Translations under genes and position numbers: made by a program
Shown here: positions 50,309-57,799 of the stretch, piece by piece
Layout: each line of letters begins with the position of its first letter
How positions within the stretch are numbered: the stretch's first letter is position 1
Source: an uncultured Candidatus Saccharibacteria bacterium
GTDB taxonomy: Bacteria > Patescibacteriota > Doudnabacteria > UBA920
Reading direction: 5' to 3'
Length of the DNA stretch: 64,000 bases
Assembly (NCBI GenBank): GCA_964436545.1
Contig: CAYTCJ010000005.1
Location: 12,713 to 76,712, forward strand
Notes under the pieces: model-generated
Database searches by the model: none
The model's input: only the letters and a program-made list of their open reading frames with translations
What the model was told of the DNA's origin: nothing

Positions 50309-50618
50309 CCCAGTAATACAACCCCCATATGTTCTTTTGGATTTATGTTTTAGAAAGTATAAAGAATGGAGAAAGATATATTGGTTATACAAATAATCTG
50401 AAAAGAAGATTAGAAGAACATAACAAGGGATGGCTCTAAGCACAAAATTTATGATACCATTTAAATTAATATATTTTGAAGGATGTACTAATTCCGAAGA
50501 TGCCCAGCGTCGGGAAAGATATTTAAAAACCCATCAAGGTCGCAAATTTTTGGGATTAAGATTAATCAAATATAAATATTCCAGACAACCGTTTGGAATG
50601 GGAGGTTGATATACTGGG
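50309..50618 (+). mobile_element. 310-bp element with imperfect ~20-bp terminal inverted repeats, TGAA target duplication and GIY-YIG cargo
   Basis: TGAA|CCCAGTAATACAACCCCCAT...ATGGGAGGTTGATATACTGGG|TGAA; removing it with one TGAA restores ATGAAAATTATTAATTTATTACCA (MKIINLLP). Confidence 0.8.
50329..50609 (+). pseudogene. Small GIY-YIG nuclease gene with a frameshift
   Basis: MFFWIYVLES...YIGYTNNLKRRLEEHNKGWL* (stop 50437-50439); continues in the -1 frame as STKFMIPFKLIYFEG..EDAQRRERYLK..GR to TGA at 50609. Absent from the ORF track. Confidence 0.85.
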
Positions 50619-51172
50619 TGAAAATTATTAATTTATTACCAAAAAGCCGTCAAGTTGAATTTTTTTATAGCAAGCTTTTTGTATTGGTATTAAAATTGTT
50701 TTGGATTACCGGATTCGCTTTTGCTTTAGTGTTAATTGGGCAGTTTGGCGTTAAAATCGCTTTACAGTCTAAAATTAAGCACGTGGAAGCTAACATTAGT
50801 GAATTACAAGCCTTTTCCAATTTGGCAGATAATGCCAAGGTTAAAAATCTACTTACTGAAAAAAACGCCTTAATTTTGGATTATAAAACTTTAAGCCAAA
50901 ATATACCCAAGAATTCTAAAGTAATTAGAGCTTTTGCTCCTTTAGTTCCGGAAGGTGTGAAAATTAAACAAATGAAGATTAATGCAACGAGTAAACAAAT
51001 AGAAATTTACGGTTTTGCTTTAACCAGAGAATTAGTAATTAAACTTTACGACAATGTGGTTGAACAAAGTAAATTGTTCCCCAATATAGACTACCCCTTA
51101 GAAAACGTGGCTAAACCGGCTGAAATTAATTTTCATTTTACTTTTAACATTAGTCCGGAATTATTGCAATGA
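50618..51172 (+). CDS. pilN: PilN-like protein; probable start GTG 50618
   Basis: INLLP motif, TM helix, coiled coil, P.GV...I.G.A; position after pilM. Confidence 0.8.
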   Translation: MKIINLLPKSRQVEFFYSKLFVLVLKLFWITGFAFALVLIGQFGVKIALQSKIKHVEANISELQAFSNLADNAKVKNLLTEKNALILDYKTLSQNIPKNSKVIRAFAPLVPEGVKIKQMKINATSKQIEIYGFALTRELVIKLYDNVVEQSKLFPNIDYPLENVAKPAEINFHFTFNISPELLQ

Positions 51173-51723
51173 ATAAGCATTTCACCAAAAAACAAAAATT
51201 CTTTGTCGGTATGAGCGTTTGGCTCGCGTTTACTTTTTTGGTATTTGTTTATTTTTTACCCATTGAGCATAAAAGCAATTTGGAAGTCATTGAAACCATT
51301 AAGACTTTAAGCACGAAAGAACAAGGTTTATTAGCCGAAAAAAATTCCTACTTACAGGCCAAGCAGGCGTTGGATGATTTGGCCAAATTAGAAATTCAAC
51401 CAGAGAATTTTTTTAGTAAAAATATTACCTTAGTAAAAGAAATAAAAAAGTTAGAGAGTATGGCGAGAGATTTAACTGTGGAATTTACTTTGTCCGGGAT
51501 TTCCGGAAATTTACAATCTGCCACCAAGGCCCCAACTGTTTCCAATATTTTTTTGGTGCCTTATTCCATTCATTTAGAAGGAAGTCTGGATAAATTAGTT
51601 ACCTATATTGAATATTTGGAAAACTTGGAATACATAAATACAGTAAGCAGTTTGGACATTAGTGCCACCAATGATAATTCGGTAAGTGTAAATTTATCCG
51701 CTAATTTTTACGTAATCAAATGA
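51169..51723 (+). CDS. pilO: PilO-like protein
   Basis: TM helix, coiled coil, G.L..L..Y...LE; follows pilN with ATGA overlap. Confidence 0.7.
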   Translation: MNKHFTKKQKFFVGMSVWLAFTFLVFVYFLPIEHKSNLEVIETIKTLSTKEQGLLAEKNSYLQAKQALDDLAKLEIQPENFFSKNITLVKEIKKLESMARDLTVEFTLSGISGNLQSATKAPTVSNIFLVPYSIHLEGSLDKLVTYIEYLENLEYINTVSSLDISATNDNSVSVNLSANFYVIK

Positions 51724-52010
51724 CGTTAAAAGGATTAAAAATTCAAATAATAAATCAAGTTTCCGTTATTAAAAATAATGTTTATATTTTGTTGTATTTA
51801 GTCTTGGGCGGAATATTATGTTTTATGGTTTTGGCTTTTTATACTTCTATAAAAGTTTTATGGTTACCTATGCAAACAACTCCGGAGGTTTCCGGTGCGA
51901 ATAAGGCCATTAGCTTACGGCTTGAGGATTACGAGTTCTCGGTTAAACGAATAAAGGCGGGAATTAATTTTTTACCTCCTGCACCTTTGTTTCAAAATCC
52001 TTTTAAATAA
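51720..52010 (+). CDS. Small membrane protein ending in NPFK (PilP-like position)
   Basis: One TM helix; NPF motif; last gene of the pil run. Confidence 0.5.
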   Translation: MTLKGLKIQIINQVSVIKNNVYILLYLVLGGILCFMVLAFYTSIKVLWLPMQTTPEVSGANKAISLRLEDYEFSVKRIKAGINFLPPAPLFQNPFK

Positions 52011-52099
52011 CATCTATTGAATTGCGATTTAGGCCCAAACCAAGCTTTTATTGTCCTTAGACTCGGGAAGTCATATAAAACAGAATAAGCAGTTATTCC

Positions 52100-52129
52100 T
52101 TGCATTAATTACCTGTTTTTTAGTATAAT
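52100..52129 (+). promoter_or_regulatory. Promoter for the tRNA genes
   Basis: TTGCAT-18 bp-TATAAT. Confidence 0.5.
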
Positions 52130-52182
52130 ATGCAAAGTGTTTTAATATTGATCCTTTGCTCCTAGGTTTATAGTATTTGTAT

Positions 52183-52259
52183 GCACTCGTAGCTCATTTG
52201 GATAGAGCGCTTGGCTTCGAACCAAGAGGTAGTAGGTTCAAATCCTACCGAGTGCACCA
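52183..52259 (+). tRNA. tRNA-Arg (UCG)
   Basis: GCACTCG/CGAGTGC acceptor stem, CTTGG-CTTCGAA-CCAAG anticodon arm, TTCAAAT T-loop, encoded CCA. Confidence 0.95.
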
Positions 52260-52276
52260 TTTTTTGGGTCAATAGC

Positions 52277-52395
52277 TCCCTCCTTCCACCGTCGCCAAGG
52301 CTATAGTGGACAAATTGCCGAGGCTACAGAGGGCGAGACGTTAAAATATCATTTTTAATTTGAGTAGTCTTGTCTCGCGAAGTATTTACGAAGTA
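52277..52395. repeat. Cluster of short GC-rich palindromic REP-like units between the tRNAs
   Basis: CCCTC...GAGGG enclosing TCCAC..GTCGCCAAGGCTATA..GTGGA; a similar GC-rich unit follows tRNA-Lys at about 52476-52500. Confidence 0.45.
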
Positions 52396-52396
52396 G

Positions 52397-52472
52397 GGGT
52401 CGGTAGCTCAGTTGGTAGAGCAGCGGACTCTTAATCCGCTTGTCGTGGGTTCGATCCCCACCCGACCCACCA
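52397..52472 (+). tRNA. tRNA-Lys (CUU)
   Basis: GGGTCGG/CCGACCC acceptor stem, GCGGA-CTCTTAA-TCCGC anticodon arm, TTCGATC T-loop, encoded CCA. Confidence 0.95.
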
Positions 52473-52518
52473 CTTCTTCGCTCCTTTGGAGCTATGAAGT
52501 GCAAGCACTTATTGATTG

Positions 52519-52546
52519 TTGACAAAAAATTTATATTTGATAAGCT
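52519..52546 (+). promoter_or_regulatory. Promoter of the leader/asd-lysC unit
   Basis: TTGACA-16 bp-TAAGCT with an extended TG. Confidence 0.65.
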
Positions 52547-52555
52547 ATAGGTAAT

Positions 52556-52618
52556 ATGTTGAATTTACAAGCACAATCTACTAAGAAGACACTCATTGAC
52601 CCGTTTTCGAGTCAGTAG
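52556..52618 (+). CDS. Putative attenuator leader peptide MLNLQAQSTKKTLIDPFSSQ
   Basis: 20 codons right after the promoter; ACT-AAG-AAG-ACA abuts the first hairpin. Confidence 0.6.
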   Translation: MLNLQAQSTKKTLIDPFSSQ

Positions 52619-52680
52619 TGTTTAAGTTGTAACTAAACTAAACTTTACTGCCCCAAAACGGGGCAGTTTTTTTATTTTTT
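52589..52680 (+). promoter_or_regulatory. Transcription attenuator with mutually exclusive hairpins and an intrinsic terminator
   Basis: 1:2 ACACTCATTGAC/GTCAGTAGTGT; antiterminator CCCGTTTT..CAGTA..GTTTA / TAAAC..TACTG..AAAACGGG; terminator ACTGCCCC-AAAAC-GGGGCAGT plus T run. Confidence 0.75.
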
Positions 52681-52831
52681 TATGGGACAAATTACCATTC
52701 AAATTACCAAAAACAAACAAAAGGCATCTGTAAAGATGCGTTTTGGTTTTGGTAATAGATGGTTTTGGATTTTAGATAAATCTTTCTCCACCTGCTGCCA
52801 AAACAGCAAGGACAATTTAAAGGAGAAATCA

Positions 52832-53818
52832 ATGAATATTGCTATCGTAGGTGCGACTGGCGCCGTTGGGCAGGAGATGCTCAAGGTGTTAGAAGTCAGG
52901 CGTTTTCCTGTGTGGCGCTTGTCGCTTCTGGCATCCGCGCGTTCCGTGGGCAAGAAGTTAAATTTCTGTGGGCAGGACATCGCCATCACCGAGCTGACTC
53001 AGGATTCGTTCAAGGGCATTGACATAGCGCTCTTTAGCGCTGGTGGGAGGGTTTCCAAGGAGTTTGCTTCGCACGCGGTGCGGGCAGGCTCTATAGTGAT
53101 TGACAACTCCAGCGCGTTTCGGCAGGACCCCGAGGTGCCACTCGTGGTGCCGGAAATCAACGCCAAGGACATGAAGTGGCACAAAGGAATCATCGCCAAC
53201 CCGAACTGCACCACGGCCATCACACTCATGGCACTTTGGCCACTGCACCAGTCGTTCGGCGTGAAGCGCATCTTTGCCTCCAGCTACCAAGCCGTCTCCG
53301 GTACGGGCGCCAAGGCAATTGAGGAACTGAAGCGTCAGGTCGGCCAGATCGCCAATGGCCAGCCGGTGACGAAGGAAGTTTATCCGCACCAGATCGCCTT
53401 CAACGTCCTGCCCCACGTGGACTCGTTTCTCGACACCGGCTATACGAGGGAGGAGATAAAGATGCAGAACGAAGGGCGAAAGATTATGCACCACGCGACG
53501 TTCCGCGCGAGCGTGACATGCGTGCGCGTGCCCGTATATCGGGCGCATTCGGTCGCAGTGAGCGCGGAGTTTGAAAGGCCGGTGACGGTGGAGGAGGCGC
53601 GCGCGGTGTTGGCAAGAGCGTCGGGGTTGGATGTTCTCGATGACCCGGCGAACAACATTTATCCAATGCCACTGGATGTGGCAGGTCGGGACAACTGCGC
53701 CGTGGGTCGGCTCCGTCTTGATTGCGCACTGGACAACGGTCTCACCTTCTGGGTCTGTGGAGACCAGCTCCTCAAAGGCGCGGCGCTCAATGCCGTGCAG
53801 ATTGCCGAATTGCTGTAG
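52832..53818 (+). CDS. asd: Aspartate-semialdehyde dehydrogenase
   Basis: GATGAVG, DNSSAFR, VVPEIN, ANPNCTT, YQAVSG, CVRVPV..AHS, KGAALNAVQIAE; AAGGAG SD before ATG 52832; GC-rich. Confidence 0.97.
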   Translation: MNIAIVGATGAVGQEMLKVLEVRRFPVWRLSLLASARSVGKKLNFCGQDIAITELTQDSFKGIDIALFSAGGRVSKEFASHAVRAGSIVIDNSSAFRQDPEVPLVVPEINAKDMKWHKGIIANPNCTTAITLMALWPLHQSFGVKRIFASSYQAVSGTGAKAIEELKRQVGQIANGQPVTKEVYPHQIAFNVLPHVDSFLDTGYTREEIKMQNEGRKIMHHATFRASVTCVRVPVYRAHSVAVSAEFERPVTVEEARAVLARASGLDVLDDPANNIYPMPLDVAGRDNCAVGRLRLDCALDNGLTFWVCGDQLLKGAALNAVQIAELL

Positions 53819-53967
53819 AGCAATCAACCCGTAAGCTTGAGTTCCACCCTCAAGCTTACGGCAAATCTTTTGAGTTATGGGAGAGATGTTTATTTCTCCC
53901 ATGCCCCAAAGGCAGTAGATTTCAAAAAGAAAAGGAGGTCCTCATCTACAAGGGTGGGGGCAAAAAT

Positions 53968-55296
53968 ATGATAGTTATGAAATTCGGCGGTAGCTCGGTC
54001 GCCAACGCGGAAAAGATCCGTCAGGTCTTCGAGATCGTCAAGGGCCGGCTTCCGCGGAAACCGCTGGTGATTGCCAGCGCGTTCCGCGGCGTGACGGACG
54101 ACCTCTTCAAGCTGGGCGAGGAGGCGGTCCGGGGTGTCGCCCCCTCCATCGACCCCATCCGCAAACGCCACCGGGACTGCCTGAAGGAGATGGGGCTTGA
54201 CCTCGACCTGCTCAAGAGGGAGCTGGACGAGCTTGATGTCCTGCTCAAGGGCATCTCTCTGGTCAAGGAGCTCAGTCCCCGGTCGCTGGACTACGTCGTC
54301 TCGTTCGGCGAACGGTTCTCGACCCGCATCATCGCGGCCTACTTCACGAAGCTCGGTATCGCGGCCGAGCAGCACGACGCGTTCGACCTGGGCCTTCTCA
54401 CGTCGGACGACTTCGGCGGCGCGCAGCCCCTGCCCGAGGCCGACTCCGAGATCAAGAAGAACGTCCTGAAGCTGACGAAGCTCCCTATCGTGACTGGCTA
54501 CATCGGCAAGACGAAGAGCGGGAGCATCACGACGCTGGGCCGGAACGGCTCGGACTACTCCGCCACGACCTTCGGCGCCGCGATCGACGCCGAGGAGATC
54601 GAGATCTGGAGCGACGTGGATGGCATCATGACCGCCGATCCGCGCCTCGCCCCCAGCGCGAAACCGCTCGAGGCACTCACGTTCGACGAGGCCAGCGAGC
54701 TCGCGTACTACGGCGGGAAGGTGCTCCATCCGGCCACCATCGGGCCGGCGATCCGTAAGGGTATCACGGTGCGGTGCCTCAACACGTTCAAGCCCGACCA
54801 CCCCGGCACGGTGATCGTCTCCAGGATCAAGCAGGGCGGGCCAGCGATCAAATCGATCGCCCACAACCTGAATAACCTGATCATCACGATCTCGTCGGCG
54901 CGGATGCTCCAGGGTCACGGCTTCCTGGCCCGCATCTTCGAGGTCTTCGGTCGCCACAGGATCTCGATCGACATGATCGCCACCAGCGAGGTGTCGGTCT
55001 CGGTGACGCTCGACTCCAACCGTAACCTCGAGCTGGCCGTCGAGGAGCTTAAGAGGTTCGCTGACGTATCGATCGAGAAGGATAAGTGCATCATCTGCCT
55101 GGTCGGCGAGGGGATCCGCACCACGCCGGGGATCGCGGGCGATGTGTTCCAGGCGCTGAAGGACGCGCAGGTAAATATCTTGATGATATCCCATGGCGCC
55201 TCTAAGATTAACATCGCCTTCGTGGTGGATGACGCCGACTGCGGCCGGGCCGTTCAGGCGCTCCACCGCAAGTTTTTCGAGCGGGCTGGGGGGTAG
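53968..55296 (+). CDS. lysC: Aspartate kinase with two ACT domains
   Basis: MKFGGSS, SFGE, TTLGRNGSDYSA, SDVDG..TADP, EL.Y.G.KVLHP, TSEVSVS; start ATG 53968; very GC-rich. Confidence 0.95.
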   Translation: MIVMKFGGSSVANAEKIRQVFEIVKGRLPRKPLVIASAFRGVTDDLFKLGEEAVRGVAPSIDPIRKRHRDCLKEMGLDLDLLKRELDELDVLLKGISLVKELSPRSLDYVVSFGERFSTRIIAAYFTKLGIAAEQHDAFDLGLLTSDDFGGAQPLPEADSEIKKNVLKLTKLPIVTGYIGKTKSGSITTLGRNGSDYSATTFGAAIDAEEIEIWSDVDGIMTADPRLAPSAKPLEALTFDEASELAYYGGKVLHPATIGPAIRKGITVRCLNTFKPDHPGTVIVSRIKQGGPAIKSIAHNLNNLIITISSARMLQGHGFLARIFEVFGRHRISIDMIATSEVSVSVTLDSNRNLELAVEELKRFADVSIEKDKCIICLVGEGIRTTPGIAGDVFQALKDAQVNILMISHGASKINIAFVVDDADCGRAVQALHRKFFERAGG

Positions 55297-55539
55297 CCCC
55301 CGGCTCGCTCCACACACCAAAGGAGGTGATTATATAGAGTTAGGTTAAGCGAAGGGCGGTCATTGGTCGGAAAGCTCACAAGAGCCTACTGGGAAAGCCA
55401 TGACCGCCTTTTCCATTGGTAATATTTTGTGTGTATGTTAGTATATTTAGGCATAGAAGTAGGGAAAAAATTAACTCCCCCTAACCCTCTCCCATTCGGC
55501 AAGCTCAGGACATGCTTTGGAAAAGAGGGGAAGATAATT

Positions 55540-56514
55540 ATGTTATATATTTTTTTAGGTCCGGATGATTATACCAAAAAACAACACATTAAAACTCTGG
55601 TCAAAGACCTGAGTGCGGATTTGATAGTCTACGAAAAACCGGAAACTTTGCCTTACTTTTCCGAGTTGTTGGAGACTGATTTATTTAATAAACCCAAAGT
55701 TTTGGTTGTGGAGTTTTTTTTACCCGAAGTTTTAGAACATTTGGAAACATTGACTAAATCCGCCAACATCATTATTTTTTCTTTAACCGCTTTAGATAAA
55801 CGTAAAAAAGACAGCAAGGAACTACTGAGCCAGCCATTGGTTACGGTTAAAGAATTTAATTTGCCTCACGGACTGGAATTAAATAAGTGGATAATTTCGC
55901 GAGTGGCAGAACTTAGAGGGAAGATAGCTAAGCCGGCAGTAGAGGAATTAGCCATTAGACTAGGCAGGGATAATTTTAAAGAAACCAAATTTGGCGGTAA
56001 GGTGGTAGAATGGGTAGAAGCTTATAATTTGTGGCAGGTAGAGAATGAAATTAATAAGTTGCTTGCTTTTGCTCATGGAAGAGAAATCACCGAAGCCGAC
56101 GTAAAATTATTAGTGGAAAATAATTTAGAGATTGATGTTTTTTTAATTACCAATGCCATTGGGGAAGGGGATAAAGCCTTAGCTTGGCAATTAATGGAAA
56201 AATTTATTATTTTAGAAAATGAGAGTGAAGAAAAAGGCGGGATTATTCATTTAAACGCTTTATTGTCTGAACAAATGAGGAATCTTTTAGTTATTCAAAA
56301 TAGTTTAGAGCAAAAAGCTTCTGACGCGGAAATTTTAAGTTTAACAGGTTGGAAGCCGGGAAGGTTATTTATTTTAAAAAAGTTAGCACAGAAAATTAAA
56401 TCGGCCAAAATTTTAGAAATTTTACCCAAACTGGAAGCGCTCGATGAAGAATTAAAAACCTCTCAAACGCCTCCTAGGGTGCTGTGGGATTTAATTATGG
56501 CTCAGATTTTTTAA
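55540..56514 (+). CDS. holA: DNA polymerase III delta subunit
   Basis: MLYIFLGPD, DLF, DKR, NEINKL, IT..DV, D.ELK; likely start ATG 55540. Confidence 0.85.
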   Translation: MLYIFLGPDDYTKKQHIKTLVKDLSADLIVYEKPETLPYFSELLETDLFNKPKVLVVEFFLPEVLEHLETLTKSANIIIFSLTALDKRKKDSKELLSQPLVTVKEFNLPHGLELNKWIISRVAELRGKIAKPAVEELAIRLGRDNFKETKFGGKVVEWVEAYNLWQVENEINKLLAFAHGREITEADVKLLVENNLEIDVFLITNAIGEGDKALAWQLMEKFIILENESEEKGGIIHLNALLSEQMRNLLVIQNSLEQKASDAEILSLTGWKPGRLFILKKLAQKIKSAKILEILPKLEALDEELKTSQTPPRVLWDLIMAQIF

Positions 56515-56531
56515 AGTACTTAAATATTTAG

Positions 56532-56560
56532 TTGTCAGATTGCTTTAAATATGCTATAAT
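56532..56560 (+). promoter_or_regulatory. Sigma70 promoter
   Basis: TTGTCA-17 bp-TATAAT with an extended TG. Confidence 0.65.
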
Positions 56561-56657
56561 ATTAGAAATGAGTCCAAAATTGGGCTTTTCTTTTGTCCAA
56601 GCATTTGGCAGAAACAAAAATTAATTACTATAACCTTAGGTTATAGCGGAGAATTAT

Positions 56658-57377
56658 ATGACCCCAAAACAACAAAAGCTTACCAAAATCGCTACTGCGG
56701 TAGCTATTATGGCTTCGATAGTTTTTCCCGGAGCTGCGGCTTTAGCTCAAAATCGTCCACCTTTAGAAAGAAAGCAAGAAATGGAAAATAAAAAGCAAGA
56801 GTTTAAACAGCAGTTAGAGCAAAAGAAGACAGAAGTAAAGAATCAAATAGAACAGAGAAAGCAAGAGATGGAAAAAAAGAAAGAAGAAATGAAGGCTAAG
56901 GCTGAAGAAAAGAAACAGCAAATGCAAGATAGAGCAAAAAATATTAAAGAGTGTTTAAAAGCCAATCAAACTTTGAGGGATACCTACCGAACTTCGGTTA
57001 AGGGTAATGATAAAGATTATGTGAGTGGTTTAAAAGAAGCAGAAAAAACCCACCGAGAAGCCCAAAAAAAGGCTAACGAAGACTTTAAAGCCAGTCTTAA
57101 AACCGCAGAAGAGAAATTGAAAACCGATTTAGCCACGGCAACCGATGAAGCTGGTAAGAAAACCGCAAGAGAAACTTTTAAAAATGCAAAAAAGACGGCT
57201 ATGGAAACCAGGCAGAATGCCCTGAAGCAAGCTAACGAAGCTTTTAAGAGCGCTCGAGAAGCTTTGCTCAAAGATAGAAAATCGGACAATGAAGAGGCGC
57301 AAAAAACTCGTGATGGGGCAATAAAAAAATGTTATGAAGCCACTGCTACCTCAACTCCTACTACAACCAGCAATTAA
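56658..57377 (+). CDS. Secreted K/E/A-rich coiled-coil protein
   Basis: Signal peptide (ALA|Q), long charged helices, two Cys, Thr-rich tail. Confidence 0.75.
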   Translation: MTPKQQKLTKIATAVAIMASIVFPGAAALAQNRPPLERKQEMENKKQEFKQQLEQKKTEVKNQIEQRKQEMEKKKEEMKAKAEEKKQQMQDRAKNIKECLKANQTLRDTYRTSVKGNDKDYVSGLKEAEKTHREAQKKANEDFKASLKTAEEKLKTDLATATDEAGKKTARETFKNAKKTAMETRQNALKQANEAFKSAREALLKDRKSDNEEAQKTRDGAIKKCYEATATSTPTTTSN

Positions 57378-57380
57378 GTT

Positions 57381-57413
57381 AAAAAAACCCTCCGAAGTTT
57401 TGGAGGGTTTTTT
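57381..57413. terminator. Bidirectional intrinsic terminator
   Basis: AAAAAAACCCTCCGA-AGTT-TTGGAGGGTTTTTT between convergent genes. Confidence 0.85.
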
Positions 57414-57798
57414 AATTGAAGTTGATGGTAAAGTTATACATACCCATAGAACATACTCCGGTAAGACTGGTGCCGGGTTTTTGCGGAGGAATATTTATTT
57501 CAGTTGTGCCTTGTGGGGGTAAAAATTGTTTATAGCCCAAATCGGGAATTAATAAACTGGCGCTACAATCAAAAGTGCCTTGAGTATTAACCTTTAACAC
57601 AGCGGGTGTGTTGGCTTTGGCATTGGTATTTTTGGGTACGTAACCACCTTTGGCATTAATGGAAATGGTTTGTTGGTTACCCGTTATAACAACATTTTCT
57701 GTGCTGGGTGAAAGTTGAGTAGAGTCGGTTTTAAGTAGTAAGAATAAAACTGCACCTAAAAAAAATAGAGTAAAAATAATCGCGTGAGTTTTTGACAT
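57412..57798 (-). CDS. Membrane-anchored cupredoxin-domain protein
   Basis: GGY.P, DC, CSMGMY. Confidence 0.85.
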   Translation of the reverse strand: MSKTHAIIFTLFFLGAVLFLLLKTDSTQLSPSTENVVITGNQQTISINAKGGYVPKNTNAKANTPAVLKVNTQGTFDCSASLLIPDLGYKQFLPPQGTTEINIPPQKPGTSLTGVCSMGMYNFTINFN

Positions 57799-57799
57799 A

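Noticed and set aside
50420-50445. Programmed -1 frameshift in the GIY-YIG gene
   Set aside because: No canonical slippery heptamer or clear stimulatory structure; a 1-bp deletion or assembly error is simpler.
52547-52831. Lysine riboswitch or T-box upstream of asd
   Set aside because: The region before the terminator is short and I see no L-box or T-box (AAGGTGGTACC-like) consensus; an Rfam scan would settle it.
53722-53967. 82-aa N-terminal extension of LysC in the ORF track
   Set aside because: Overlaps the asd 3' end and a hairpin-rich spacer; the family N-terminus MIVMKFGG starts at 53968.
55297-55319. CCCGGCTCGCTCCACACACCA resembling a tRNA 3' end / att site at the island's right border
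   Set aside because: Does not match either tRNA in the window, is explained as one arm of the hairpin over the lysC stop, and no integrase is present.
52958-55320. Long minus-strand ORFs (314 aa, 476 aa and others) opposite asd and lysC
   Set aside because: Antisense shadow ORFs expected from high GC3 codon usage; no motifs.
55429-55539. N-terminal extension of HolA (PPNPLPFGKLRTC)
   Set aside because: Translated palindromic repeat sequence; the typical HolA start is MLYIFLG at 55540.
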